A DNA stretch of 56,271 bases from Candidatus Omnitrophota bacterium. GTDB lineage: Bacteria > Omnitrophota > Gorgyraeia > 2-01-FULL-45-10. A program made the translations under genes and the position numbers. The notes below the pieces were generated by a model. The model was given only the letters and a program-made list of their open reading frames with translations, ran no database searches and was not told the origin of the DNA. Below, piece by piece: positions 37,068-45,449 of the stretch. The first letter of the stretch is position 1. Every line of letters begins with the position of its first letter. The stretch is taken from NCBI GenBank assembly GCA_030695905.1, contig JAUYOL010000023.1:1-56271 (forward strand), in the 5' to 3' direction.

Positions 37068-37916
37068 ATGGTTAGGCAAATACGTTTTAAAGGCAGTCCG
37101 CTTACACTTGTTGGAAGGCCCGCCAAGGCCGGTGTCTTGGCTCCGGATTTCAGGGTTATATCGCAGGACCTCAAAGAAATTTCTCTCGCCGCTTTTAGTG
37201 GCAAGATAAAGATTCTGACGTCGTTCCCATCGCTCGATACTCCGGTTTGCGATCTTCAGGTGAAAGAATTTAATAAAAAGGCGGCGGGCCTCTCCGGGGA
37301 TGTTGCTATCGTCGGGATAAGCAAAGACCTGCCTTTTGCCCAGGCAAGATTCTGCCAGGATAACGAGATTAAAAACATTTCTGTCCTATCCGATTATAGA
37401 TTTTCCTCATTTGGTATAAATTACGGATTGCTGATAAAAGAGTTAAATTTATTGGCGCGGTCTGTGATAATAGTCGATAAAAAAGACGCCATAAGATACG
37501 TTCAGGTGGTGGATGAATTGACCACGCCGCCTGATTATAACGATGTTCTTAATAATCTTAAGGATGTTCTGAAGAGTCCGGAAAGCTTGGCAAAAGATGA
37601 GCTCCCTTCCCATTGCAAACCCTGTGAAGGCGGTATTCCCAGCCTGCCAAAAGAGGTTATCGATAAGCTTCTTGCCCAATCCAGGGGATGGCAACTGGTT
37701 GAAGACAAGAAGATATCCAAAGAGTTCAAGTTCAAAGATTTCGTGGAAGCGAAATATTTTCTCGATCTTGTATCCGTCATTGCCGAAGATCAGGGCCACC
37801 ATCCAACGATGACCATAGTGTATAATAAAGTGAGGATAGCGCTTACGACCCACTCGGCGGGCGGCTTGACAGAAAATGATTTTATAATGGCAAAAATTAT
37901 CGATGAAATAGGTTAA
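37068..37916 (+). CDS. tpx: Thiol peroxidase (Tpx) fused to a pterin-4a-carbinolamine dehydratase (PCD/DCoH)-like domain
   Basis: The N-terminal ~165 aa is Tpx (APDFRVISQDL...LTSFPSLDTPVCDLQVKEFN...ARFC). The C-terminal ~105 aa is PCD-like (CKPCEGGIPSL...WQLVEDKKISKEFKFKDFVEA...EDQGHHPTMTIVYNKVRIALTTHSAGGLTENDFIMAKIID). Confidence 0.8.
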   Translation: MVRQIRFKGSPLTLVGRPAKAGVLAPDFRVISQDLKEISLAAFSGKIKILTSFPSLDTPVCDLQVKEFNKKAAGLSGDVAIVGISKDLPFAQARFCQDNEIKNISVLSDYRFSSFGINYGLLIKELNLLARSVIIVDKKDAIRYVQVVDELTTPPDYNDVLNNLKDVLKSPESLAKDELPSHCKPCEGGIPSLPKEVIDKLLAQSRGWQLVEDKKISKEFKFKDFVEAKYFLDLVSVIAEDQGHHPTMTIVYNKVRIALTTHSAGGLTENDFIMAKIIDEIG

Positions 37917-37932
37917 AAAGGGGGTGAGTGGG

Positions 37933-37974
37933 ATGAGTTGCGGAAAATGCGGAAAGAAGAAGCCTAAGAAGTAA
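37933..37974 (+). CDS. Possible 13-codon micro-ORF ([13 protein letters not shown])
   Basis: A strong SD (aaGGGGGTGAg) sits 5-6 nt upstream of the ATG. The peptide has a CxxC pair and a poly-Lys tail. It is too short for the ORF track and the call rests only on RBS context. Confidence 0.3.
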   Translation: MSCGKCGKKKPKK

Positions 37975-37997
37975 TTTATAGAATAAGGAGGAATGCA

Positions 37998-38156
37998 ATG
38001 GACAAATACAGATGTACCGTATGCGGTTATATCTATGATCCCGCGATAGGGGATCCCGACAATGGTGTTAAGGCCGGAACCCCTTTTTCGGCACTGCCGG
38101 ATAACTGGGTATGTCCCGAATGCGGTGCTGGAAAAAGTGAGTTTGAGAAAGTATAG
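37998..38156 (+). CDS. Rubredoxin (52 aa), absent from the ORF track
   Basis: Hand translation gives [52 protein letters not shown], with both CxxCG knuckles and the conserved W. SD AAGGAGG lies upstream. Confidence 0.9.
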   Translation: MDKYRCTVCGYIYDPAIGDPDNGVKAGTPFSALPDNWVCPECGAGKSEFEKV

Positions 38157-38185
38157 TCTTTAAAAAACTAAGGAGGAAGATAAAA

Positions 38186-38371
38186 GTGAAGGCAAGAGTA
38201 GATGCTGATATTTGCATAGGCTGTGGGTTGTGTGTGTCGACATGTCCGGAAGTTTTCGAGATGCAGGGCGACAAAGCGGTTGTAATAGGTTCTGTAGTCC
38301 CAAAAAATGTGGAAGACACTTGCAGGAAAGCTACTGATGAGTGTCCCGTAACCGCGATATTTATCGACTAA
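38186..38371 (+). CDS. Small single-cluster [4Fe-4S]/[3Fe-4S] ferredoxin
   Basis: GTG start after AAGGAGGAAG. Motifs CIGCGLCVSTCP ... DECPVTAI. Confidence 0.85.
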   Translation: MKARVDADICIGCGLCVSTCPEVFEMQGDKAVVIGSVVPKNVEDTCRKATDECPVTAIFID

Positions 38372-40044
38372 TGGAAAACTTTTCCATTCTTGTCGCAGGA
38401 ACGGCCGGATTCGGTATCGATAAGTCGGGCTCTATCATATCCTATATGATAAACAGGCTCGGTTACAGCGTTTATATTTATCGCGACTATCCGTCAGTGA
38501 TAAGAGGTGGTCACACATTCTCCATCGTTCGTGCCTCGTCCGAGAGGATATGGGCGCACGAGAACGGCATAGATTATCTCCTTGCCCTTAATCAGGACGC
38601 CGTCAGTTTTCATACCTCGAAATTGAAGGCAAATTCCATAATAATATATGACGCCGATACTGTAAAGTGCGACGGGCTCATCTGCCCCGTAAAAAACGCC
38701 ATAGGTTTGCCGGTAGGCAAGATATTGAAGGAAGAGGGAGCGTCTGAGATAATGCGCAATACCTGCGCCATCGGTGGTTTTGCCAAGGCCATCGGCATAG
38801 AGTGGAATGTCGTTGAACAGGTCCTGAAAAAAGAGATTACCAAGGATATAGAAATAAACTTAAAAGTTGCCCGCCGCGGTTACGATAGCGTAAACGCTTT
38901 AGCTTCGATAAAACCTCTGGATAGAAAGCCTCTGCCATTGGTAACGGGCAACGAGGCAGTAGGCTTAGGATTGATAAAGGGCGGACTGAAGACATATATA
39001 GCTTATCCGATGACGCCTTCGTCTCCAATACTTCATTTTCTGGCAAATACCGCAAATGAGTTCAATCTTAAAGTGCTGCACCCGGAAAGCGAAATAGCGG
39101 TGATATTGATGGCGCTCGGTTTTTCCTACTGCGCGGAATCTGTTGCTGTTGGCACATCAGGCGGCGGATTTTGTCTTATGACGGAGGGCTTGAGTTTTTC
39201 GGGAATGGCTGAATTGCCTGTCGTAATTGTTATGGGGCAAAGGCCCGGCCCGAGCACAGGACTTCCGACCTATTCATCACAGACAGAACTTCATTTTGCT
39301 CTTCACGCCGGCCAGGGAGAGTTTGTCCGGTTTATTGTCGCGCCCGGCGACGCGGAAGAAGCGTATTTCTGGTCCGCGGTAAGCATGGATATGTCCAGAA
39401 GATTTCAAATACCCTCTATAATACTTACGGATAAGACCATGGGAGAAGGGGTATATAATATCGATGTGGATTCCGTAGACAAGCTTGATATTGGCTCCTC
39501 GGAATTGTGGGAAGGCAAGCCGCCTTACAAAAGATACCAGATTACCGATACGGGCGTGTCGCCGCTCGCGATAGTGCCGGATAAAGACGCTGTGATAAAG
39601 GTAAATAGTTATGAACATGATGAATATGGGCTGACTACCGAAGATCCGGAAATTACGACAAGGATGCAGGATAAGAGATTATTGAAAATAAAATTTTTAC
39701 TGGAAGAAGTTCAGCGGCATGAGACGATTAAAACATACGGCAACCAAAATTCATCTACGGTGGTATTATGCTGGGGTTCGAATAAAGGAGTGTGTATAGA
39801 GGCCGCGCAAAGATTGAATTTAAAGGTCGTGCAGCCGGTCGTGCTGTCGCCCTTCCCTATAGAAGTATTCAAAAAGGCCATAGAAGGCGCTAAGAAGATA
39901 ATTCTCGTGGAAAATAGCGCTACAGGGCAGTTAAGGACGTTCTTGAACCGTTATGGCATAAATATAGATGCCCAGATACTAAAGTATGACGGCAGGCCAT
40001 TCTCGGTCGATGAGCTGGAAGGTAAGTTAAAGAAGACATTATGA
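38371..40044 (+). CDS. 2-oxoacid:ferredoxin oxidoreductase, gamma-alpha fusion subunit
   Basis: Start at MENFSILVAGTAGFGIDKSG (TAATG overlap with the fdx stop). An N-terminal POR-gamma-type domain is followed by an alpha domain (LVTGNEAVGLGLIKGGLKTYIAYPMTPSS). Substrate specificity cannot be read from the sequence. Confidence 0.85.
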   Translation: MENFSILVAGTAGFGIDKSGSIISYMINRLGYSVYIYRDYPSVIRGGHTFSIVRASSERIWAHENGIDYLLALNQDAVSFHTSKLKANSIIIYDADTVKCDGLICPVKNAIGLPVGKILKEEGASEIMRNTCAIGGFAKAIGIEWNVVEQVLKKEITKDIEINLKVARRGYDSVNALASIKPLDRKPLPLVTGNEAVGLGLIKGGLKTYIAYPMTPSSPILHFLANTANEFNLKVLHPESEIAVILMALGFSYCAESVAVGTSGGGFCLMTEGLSFSGMAELPVVIVMGQRPGPSTGLPTYSSQTELHFALHAGQGEFVRFIVAPGDAEEAYFWSAVSMDMSRRFQIPSIILTDKTMGEGVYNIDVDSVDKLDIGSSELWEGKPPYKRYQITDTGVSPLAIVPDKDAVIKVNSYEHDEYGLTTEDPEITTRMQDKRLLKIKFLLEEVQRHETIKTYGNQNSSTVVLCWGSNKGVCIEAAQRLNLKVVQPVVLSPFPIEVFKKAIEGAKKIILVENSATGQLRTFLNRYGINIDAQILKYDGRPFSVDELEGKLKKTL

Positions 40045-40886
40045 TAAATTTAGGTACCCAGGCTCCAAATACATGGTGCATAGGCTGCGGCAATTTCGCG
40101 ATACTCGGCGCTATAAAGACCGTTTTACAGTCTTTGTCCGAAGAAGGATTGGGTTTGGAAAATGTGGTATTGGTATCAGGCATAGGCTGCCACGCGAAGA
40201 TAGTCGATTATATAAATACCAACAGTTTTTATTCCATACATGGCAGGGTCGCTCCGGCGGCCGAGGGCATAAAGCTCGCCAGGCCAGGCCTCAAAGTCAT
40301 AGGATTCGCCGGTGACGGCGATACTTACGGCGAAGGCATAGAGCATCTGATATTTGCCGCGAAGAGAAATATAGATATAACGATGATAATACATAATAAC
40401 CGCGTTTATGGCCTTACGACCGGCCAGTATACACCGACTTCACCTTTAGGATTTAAGGGCAGGTCCACCCCGTTTGGCACTAAGGAGATGCCCATAAATC
40501 CTTTAGAGGTAATGCTCTCAAGCGGCGCGACGTATTTGGCGCGCGGCACCTCGCACGGTATAGAATTATTGAAAAAAATATTCAAGGAAGCGATACTGCA
40601 CAAAGGGTTTTCTCTTGTCGATGTCCTGCAGGTATGCGTCACATACAGCAACCTTTATGAATACTATGAAAAAAGAGTTTATGAACTTAAGGATCACGAT
40701 TCTTCAAATTATCAGGATTCGCTTATAAAGATACGCGAATGGGATTATAATAATGACGGCAAGATCCCCCTTGGTATCATATACAAGAAAGAGAAGCCGA
40801 CATTCGATGAGCAGTTTGGTATAGAAACTAAGACATTCGATAGATGTGCTAAGATAAAAGAATATCTAAAAAATAATTGCATATAA
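40041..40886 (+). CDS. 2-oxoacid:ferredoxin oxidoreductase, beta (TPP-binding) subunit
   Basis: WCIGCGNFAILGA..., GIGCHAK..., GFAGDGDTYGEGIEHLIFAAKRNIDITMIIHNNRVYGLTTGQ. ATGA overlap. Confidence 0.88.
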   Translation: MINLGTQAPNTWCIGCGNFAILGAIKTVLQSLSEEGLGLENVVLVSGIGCHAKIVDYINTNSFYSIHGRVAPAAEGIKLARPGLKVIGFAGDGDTYGEGIEHLIFAAKRNIDITMIIHNNRVYGLTTGQYTPTSPLGFKGRSTPFGTKEMPINPLEVMLSSGATYLARGTSHGIELLKKIFKEAILHKGFSLVDVLQVCVTYSNLYEYYEKRVYELKDHDSSNYQDSLIKIREWDYNNDGKIPLGIIYKKEKPTFDEQFGIETKTFDRCAKIKEYLKNNCI

Positions 40887-40887
40887 T

Positions 40888-41412
40888 ATGGATCCCAACG
40901 CGTTACATAGTATAAGTTATGGCATGTTCGTAGTATCGTCCCATAAGGATAAGGCGCTTAATGGGCAGATAGCCAATACCGTATTCCAGATAACGAGCGT
41001 GCCCGTAACGATAGCTATAAGCATAAATAAGAAAAATCTTACTTATGAGCATATAGAGGCCAGTAAACATTTTGCGGTCTCTATGCTGGAAGAAGATACG
41101 CCGCTTGCCTTTATAGGAAAGTTCGGTTTCAAATCCGGGAGGCAGGAGGATAAATTTAAGGATACGAGCTTTAAATTGCTCGAATCAGGCTGTCCCGTGG
41201 TCACAGATTATTCCGTTGCCTATCTGGAAGCGGATGTTATAAATCATTTTGATTGCGGCACTCATGGGCTTTTTTTGGGATGCGTAAAAGAATCGGCGAT
41301 ATTAAAACAGGGTAAAGTCATGACATACGACTACTACCACAATGTCAAAAAAGGAACTACTCCGTCTAAGGCACCGACGTTCATAAGAGGAGAATCGAGA
41401 GAGGTTAAATAG
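40888..41412 (+). CDS. Flavin reductase-like (FMN-binding split-barrel) protein
   Basis: YGMFVVSSHKDKALNGQIANTVFQITSVPVTIAISINKKNLTYEHIEASKHFAVSML, a Flavin_Reduct-type pattern. Confidence 0.7.
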   Translation: MDPNALHSISYGMFVVSSHKDKALNGQIANTVFQITSVPVTIAISINKKNLTYEHIEASKHFAVSMLEEDTPLAFIGKFGFKSGRQEDKFKDTSFKLLESGCPVVTDYSVAYLEADVINHFDCGTHGLFLGCVKESAILKQGKVMTYDYYHNVKKGTTPSKAPTFIRGESREVK

Positions 41413-42596
41413 TGAAGCCATTAGAAATTAAAAAAGGGATTTACTGGGTCGGCGTGGTCGATTGGAACGTAAAGACGTTTCACGGCCATACCTATAATAC
41501 CCAAAGAGGCACTACATATAATTCATATCTTATAGTAGACGACAAAATAGCCCTTATCGATACTGTCTACGGGCCATTTGCCGGTGAATTGATAGAAAAG
41601 ATACGCGCTATTGTACCGCCTGAAAAGATAGATTACGTGATAGCGAATCACGTTGAGACGGACCATTCGGGCGCTATGCCGGCACTTATGAAACTGTGTC
41701 CTAAGGCAAAAGTATTCGGCACCGCAAAATGTAAAGAAGGCCTCTACAGATATTATTATGAGAACTGGGATTTTCAGATTGTAAAGACGGCAGACAAACT
41801 CTCTTTGGGCAAGCGGACCCTTCAGTTTATAGAAGCGCCGATGATCCACTGGCCCGACAGCATGTTCACATATTGTCCCGAAGAGAAACTCCTGATGCCA
41901 AACGACGCTTTTGGGCAGCATTACGCGACCAGCGAAAGATTTGACGATGAAGTCGATCAGGCCGAGCTTATGGATGAAGCGACAAAATATTACGGGAATA
42001 TTCTGTGGCCGCTAAGCTCCCTTGTATCGAAGAAGATAGAAGAAGTAGAGAAGATGAACATCCCTATCACTATGATAGCGCCGAGCCACGGTATAATATG
42101 GCGCAAGGATCCGGCGAAGATTATCAACGCGTATGTATCATGGGCAAGGAACGATACGAAGAAGAAGGTGGTTGTAGTTTATGAGACTATGTGGGGCGCT
42201 ACAGAAAAGATGGCTCGCAAAATTATTGAAGGGATATCAGATGCGGGAGTATCGGTGAAACTCGCTGACGTTACATCGTCGGATAGGACCGAAGTTATAG
42301 GCCAGATGCTTGACGCTAAAGGGTATCTATTCGGCTCATCGACTCACGATAACGACATGCTCCCATCGATAGCGGGGTTCCTGGAGCTTATAAAAGGCCT
42401 GAAACCGAAAGGCAGGGTTGCGGGGCTGTTTGGTTCGTATGGTTGGGCAGGTGGCGCTATAGCGTCGATGGAAAAGAGCGTGAAGGAGTTGGGAATAGAT
42501 GTGGTGATGCCGCCGATCTCTTTTAAGTATATGCCTGATGAAAATGATCTGAAAAAGTGTTATGATTATGGTAAAGAGTTTGCGGGTAAACTGTAA
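41412..42596 (+). CDS. Flavodiiron protein (FprA / rubredoxin:oxygen or NO reductase type)
   Basis: Metallo-beta-lactamase-like N-terminal domain with ANHVETDHSGA plus a C-terminal flavodoxin domain (VVVVYETMWGATEKMA). The GTG start overlaps the upstream stop by 1 nt. Confidence 0.85.
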   Translation: MKPLEIKKGIYWVGVVDWNVKTFHGHTYNTQRGTTYNSYLIVDDKIALIDTVYGPFAGELIEKIRAIVPPEKIDYVIANHVETDHSGAMPALMKLCPKAKVFGTAKCKEGLYRYYYENWDFQIVKTADKLSLGKRTLQFIEAPMIHWPDSMFTYCPEEKLLMPNDAFGQHYATSERFDDEVDQAELMDEATKYYGNILWPLSSLVSKKIEEVEKMNIPITMIAPSHGIIWRKDPAKIINAYVSWARNDTKKKVVVVYETMWGATEKMARKIIEGISDAGVSVKLADVTSSDRTEVIGQMLDAKGYLFGSSTHDNDMLPSIAGFLELIKGLKPKGRVAGLFGSYGWAGGAIASMEKSVKELGIDVVMPPISFKYMPDENDLKKCYDYGKEFAGKL

Positions 42597-42620
42597 AAAA
42601 TAGAAAGGGAGGGTAGTAAA

Positions 42621-43097
42621 ATGGGTAAAGAAGGAACGAAGATAGCGGGGGTTAACGTTAAGGAGTTGATCAATGATTTAAACAGAGCTTATGCCGATGA
42701 ATGGCTGGCTCATTATTCGTATCTGTATATGGCGAGAACATGCACAGGCATGGCGTATGAGGATATGAGTGAATTTATGGAGGAGATAGCGAAAGACGAA
42801 GCGGAGCATGCGGGAGAACTAGCCAATAGAATTCAGGAGCTCGGCGGATTGCCGTTGGCCAACTTCTCGGATATCGAAAAGCATGGCAACGCGCCTTATC
42901 CGAAGCCGCCCAAGAGCACATCAGATTATAAAGGTATGATAAAAGTTGTCACAGACGCGGAAGCCGGCGCGATAGACGTTTATCAGAAGATAGCTGAAAA
43001 GACAAAAGGCAAAGACCACGTTACTTATCAGCTGGTCTGCCACATTCTCGCGGAAGAAGTCGGTCACGAAGAAAAATTCGAGGATCTGCTCGGATAG
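42621..43097 (+). CDS. Ferritin-like di-iron protein (Dps-like/bacterioferritin-like)
   Basis: Two ExxH motifs (KDEAEHAGE; AEEVGHEEKF) in a four-helix-bundle-sized protein, with SD GGGAGGG upstream. Confidence 0.7.
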   Translation: MGKEGTKIAGVNVKELINDLNRAYADEWLAHYSYLYMARTCTGMAYEDMSEFMEEIAKDEAEHAGELANRIQELGGLPLANFSDIEKHGNAPYPKPPKSTSDYKGMIKVVTDAEAGAIDVYQKIAEKTKGKDHVTYQLVCHILAEEVGHEEKFEDLLG

Positions 43098-43104
43098 ATA
43101 TATT

Positions 43105-43121
43105 TACACCGGGCCGGTGTA
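43105..43121 (+). repeat. Intercistronic GC-rich hairpin (copy 2 of the TACACCGGG...CGGTGTAGA motif)
   Basis: TACACCGG-g-CCGGTGTA, 8 nt after the stop at 43097 and 18 nt before the ATG at 43139. Compare 19875-19894. Confidence 0.75.
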
Positions 43122-43138
43122 GACAAGAGAGGTGATTT

Positions 43139-43534
43139 ATGGCAGAGTTGAAAGAGTTGTTTCAGGCCGCGGACTGGAAGAAGGAGAAACACGTCCCGGT
43201 TATCGACGCGCCCGATAAGTGCAAAAAGGGCGAATGGGTAAAAGCATCTTTAGCCGTAGGTAAGGAAATAGCGCATCCTAATACCACCGAACATCATATA
43301 AGGTGGATAGCCTTATTCTTTTTACCCGACGGTGAGAAGTTCCCGTATCAGATAGGTAGGTTTGAATTTGACGCGCACGGCGAATCCGCGGCCGGACCCA
43401 ATATGAGCACCGTCTATACCCACCCGGAGGGTATTGCGGTATTCAAGACCGATAAGCCGGGCATGATCCTCGTGTCATCTTATTGCAACATACACGGCCT
43501 GTGGCAGAGTTCGAAGAAATTGGAAGTTGCTTGA
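43139..43534 (+). CDS. Superoxide reductase (1Fe-SOR / neelaredoxin type)
   Basis: KEKHVPVIDAP, HPNTTEHHIRWIALFF and YCNIHGLWQS cover the His4/Cys iron ligand context. No desulforedoxin N-terminal domain. Confidence 0.88.
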   Translation: MAELKELFQAADWKKEKHVPVIDAPDKCKKGEWVKASLAVGKEIAHPNTTEHHIRWIALFFLPDGEKFPYQIGRFEFDAHGESAAGPNMSTVYTHPEGIAVFKTDKPGMILVSSYCNIHGLWQSSKKLEVA

Positions 43535-43549
43535 AATCAGGAGGAGCTC

Positions 43550-43786
43550 GTGGCAAAAAAAGTGAAAGTTTATTCTACGCCCACATGCCCGTATTGCGTA
43601 AGGGTAAAGCAGTTTTTAAAAGAGAGCGCTGTCAGTTTTGAGGATATAGATGTTTCCAGGGACCAGGACGCGGCACAGGAGATGATAAAGATGTCCGGCC
43701 AAATGGGTGTTCCCGTGGTAGACATCGATGGAGAGCTTATCGTCGGATTTGACAGGGAAAAAATAAAGAAGAGCCTGGGCCTTTAA
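43550..43786 (+). CDS. Glutaredoxin-like small redox protein (CPYC)
   Basis: GTG start after AGGAGGAG. VKVYSTPTCPYCVRVKQFL...GVPVVDIDGELIVGFD. Confidence 0.85.
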   Translation: MAKKVKVYSTPTCPYCVRVKQFLKESAVSFEDIDVSRDQDAAQEMIKMSGQMGVPVVDIDGELIVGFDREKIKKSLGL

Positions 43787-43824
43787 ATTTGTCGCATATT
43801 TCTTGACCCTTGCCCCCTAATATT

Positions 43825-44727
43825 ATGTATGATCTCATTATAATCGGCGCAGGGCCGGCCGGTATTACAGCCGCTATCTACGCCATCCGCAAAAGAATAA
43901 GCCTGCTTGTAATAAGTAAGGATATCGGCGGGCAGGCTGCCTGGTCGGGCGACATAGAAAACTACACAGGCTACCAGTTTGTCACGGGGCCCGAGCTTAC
44001 CTTAAAATTCGAAGAGCATATGCGCAAGTATAACATCCCAATGAAAGAGACAGAGGATGTTGTCGACGTTAGGAAGTCAGACGATAAGATTGTTGTAAAG
44101 ACCGACAAGGGTACATATGAGTCAAAGGCCGTCATAATCGCTTCCGGCAAGAGATCGAGAGAGCTGAATATCCCGGGCGAGAAGGAATTTAAGAACAGGG
44201 GCCTTACCTACTGCGCGACATGCGACGGCCCGTTATTTGCCGGTAAAGATGTCGCCGTCATAGGCGGAGGAAATTCCGCGCTGGACGCGGCTTTGCAGTT
44301 GATAAAGATCGCGCGCCGTGTTTATCTTATAAATATAGTTGCCCGTCTTACGGGCGACCCTGTAATGATAGAAAAAGTCCAGGAATCAAAAGTTGTATCT
44401 ATCATGAATAGCACTAAAGTTTTAGGTGTAACAGGCGCCAAGATGGTTACGGGTATAAAGGTAGAGAGTGAAGGCAAGGCGCGGGAGCTGCCGGTCGAAG
44501 GAGTTTTTGTGGAGATAGGCCTTATACCGAATTCGCATTTCGCTCCTGACATAGCTAAAAATTCATTGGGCGAAATAAGGGTGGACTCTTTTAATCATAC
44601 AAATGTTCCGGGAATATTCGCGGCGGGAGATGTGACCGATGTTCCGGAAAAGCAGATAATAATCGCGGCAGGCGAAGGCTCTAAAGCGTCGCTGGGAGTT
44701 TTTCGTTACCTTAACCAGCGTAAATAA
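43825..44727 (+). CDS. Thioredoxin-reductase-like flavoprotein (CATC redox site, no HRR NADPH motif)
   Basis: MYDLIIIGAGPAGITAAIYA, CATCDGPLF and VAVIGGGNSALDAA. The position of the canonical HRRDxFRA reads INIVARLTGD. Start taken at ATG 43825 rather than TTG 43810. Confidence 0.8.
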   Translation: MYDLIIIGAGPAGITAAIYAIRKRISLLVISKDIGGQAAWSGDIENYTGYQFVTGPELTLKFEEHMRKYNIPMKETEDVVDVRKSDDKIVVKTDKGTYESKAVIIASGKRSRELNIPGEKEFKNRGLTYCATCDGPLFAGKDVAVIGGGNSALDAALQLIKIARRVYLINIVARLTGDPVMIEKVQESKVVSIMNSTKVLGVTGAKMVTGIKVESEGKARELPVEGVFVEIGLIPNSHFAPDIAKNSLGEIRVDSFNHTNVPGIFAAGDVTDVPEKQIIIAAGEGSKASLGVFRYLNQRK

Positions 44728-44753
44728 ATTTTAAGCCGCAGAATATAAGAACG

Positions 44754-45374
44754 ATGTCAAGGTATAAAAGATTAACTGAGGAATATAGAAACAAAAAAAC
44801 GGCCATCAAGGAACGTTTAGAAGAATTTAAGAATATAGGTAAAAAGAAAAAAGATGAAATATTTTCCGAGCTTTGTTTTTGTCTTCTCACTCCGCAGTCA
44901 AATGCCCGCCACTGCGATAAGGCTATACAGGAACTAAAAGAAAGAGGCCTTCTTCTTAAAGGTAATGCCGCGTCTATACGTAATATACTTAAAGGGAAAG
45001 CCAGGTTCCATAATAAGAAAGCCGAATATATAGTCGGCGCGAGGGCGTGTTTCGATAAAAGTATTTTTGAATGCGGCAACGCTATAAAGATACGGGATCT
45101 TCTTGTAAGCCAAATAAAAGGCCTGGGGTATAAGGAAGCCAGCCATTTCCTGCGCAATATTGGCATGGGGCAGGACATAGCTATCCTAGACAGGCACATA
45201 TTAAAAAATTTAAAGCGATACGGCGCTATAGATAATATTCCAGCCTCTCTTACCCCGAGGCTATACCTTAATATAGAAGAGCGCGCGAAAGCGTTCGCGA
45301 AACGTATAAAGATACCGCTTGCCGAACTCGATCTTTTGTTCTGGCAAAAAGAAACAGGCCAGATATTTAAATAG
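44754..45374 (+). CDS. ogg: 8-oxoguanine DNA glycosylase/AP lyase, Ogg2 (archaeal-type HhH-GPD)
   Basis: ELCFCLLTPQSNA..., FHNKKAEYIV..., IKGLGYKEASHFLRNIGMGQDIAILDRHILKNL. Confidence 0.8.
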   Translation: MSRYKRLTEEYRNKKTAIKERLEEFKNIGKKKKDEIFSELCFCLLTPQSNARHCDKAIQELKERGLLLKGNAASIRNILKGKARFHNKKAEYIVGARACFDKSIFECGNAIKIRDLLVSQIKGLGYKEASHFLRNIGMGQDIAILDRHILKNLKRYGAIDNIPASLTPRLYLNIEERAKAFAKRIKIPLAELDLLFWQKETGQIFK

Positions 45375-45386
45375 GCCAGATATTCC

Positions 45387-45416
45387 TTGACAATAAAATG
45401 AACAAAGGTTTATAAT
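45387..45416 (+). promoter_or_regulatory. Sigma70 promoter TTGACA-18-TATAAT
   Basis: TTGACA at 45387-45392 and TATAAT at 45411-45416, upstream of the lipoprotein gene at 45450. Confidence 0.6.
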
Positions 45417-45449
45417 TCAAAAAGAAAATATATCTGGAAGGAGGTATAG

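Noticed and set aside
28542-43825. Longest-ORF starts in the track at 28542 (TTG), 28951, 30321, 30932 (GTG), 35417, 38341 and 43810 (TTG)
   Set aside because: Each would overlap the upstream gene and add non-homologous leaders. Internal starts with an SD and family-typical N-termini were preferred: 28602/28593, 28996, 30366, 30941, 35474, 38371 and 43825.
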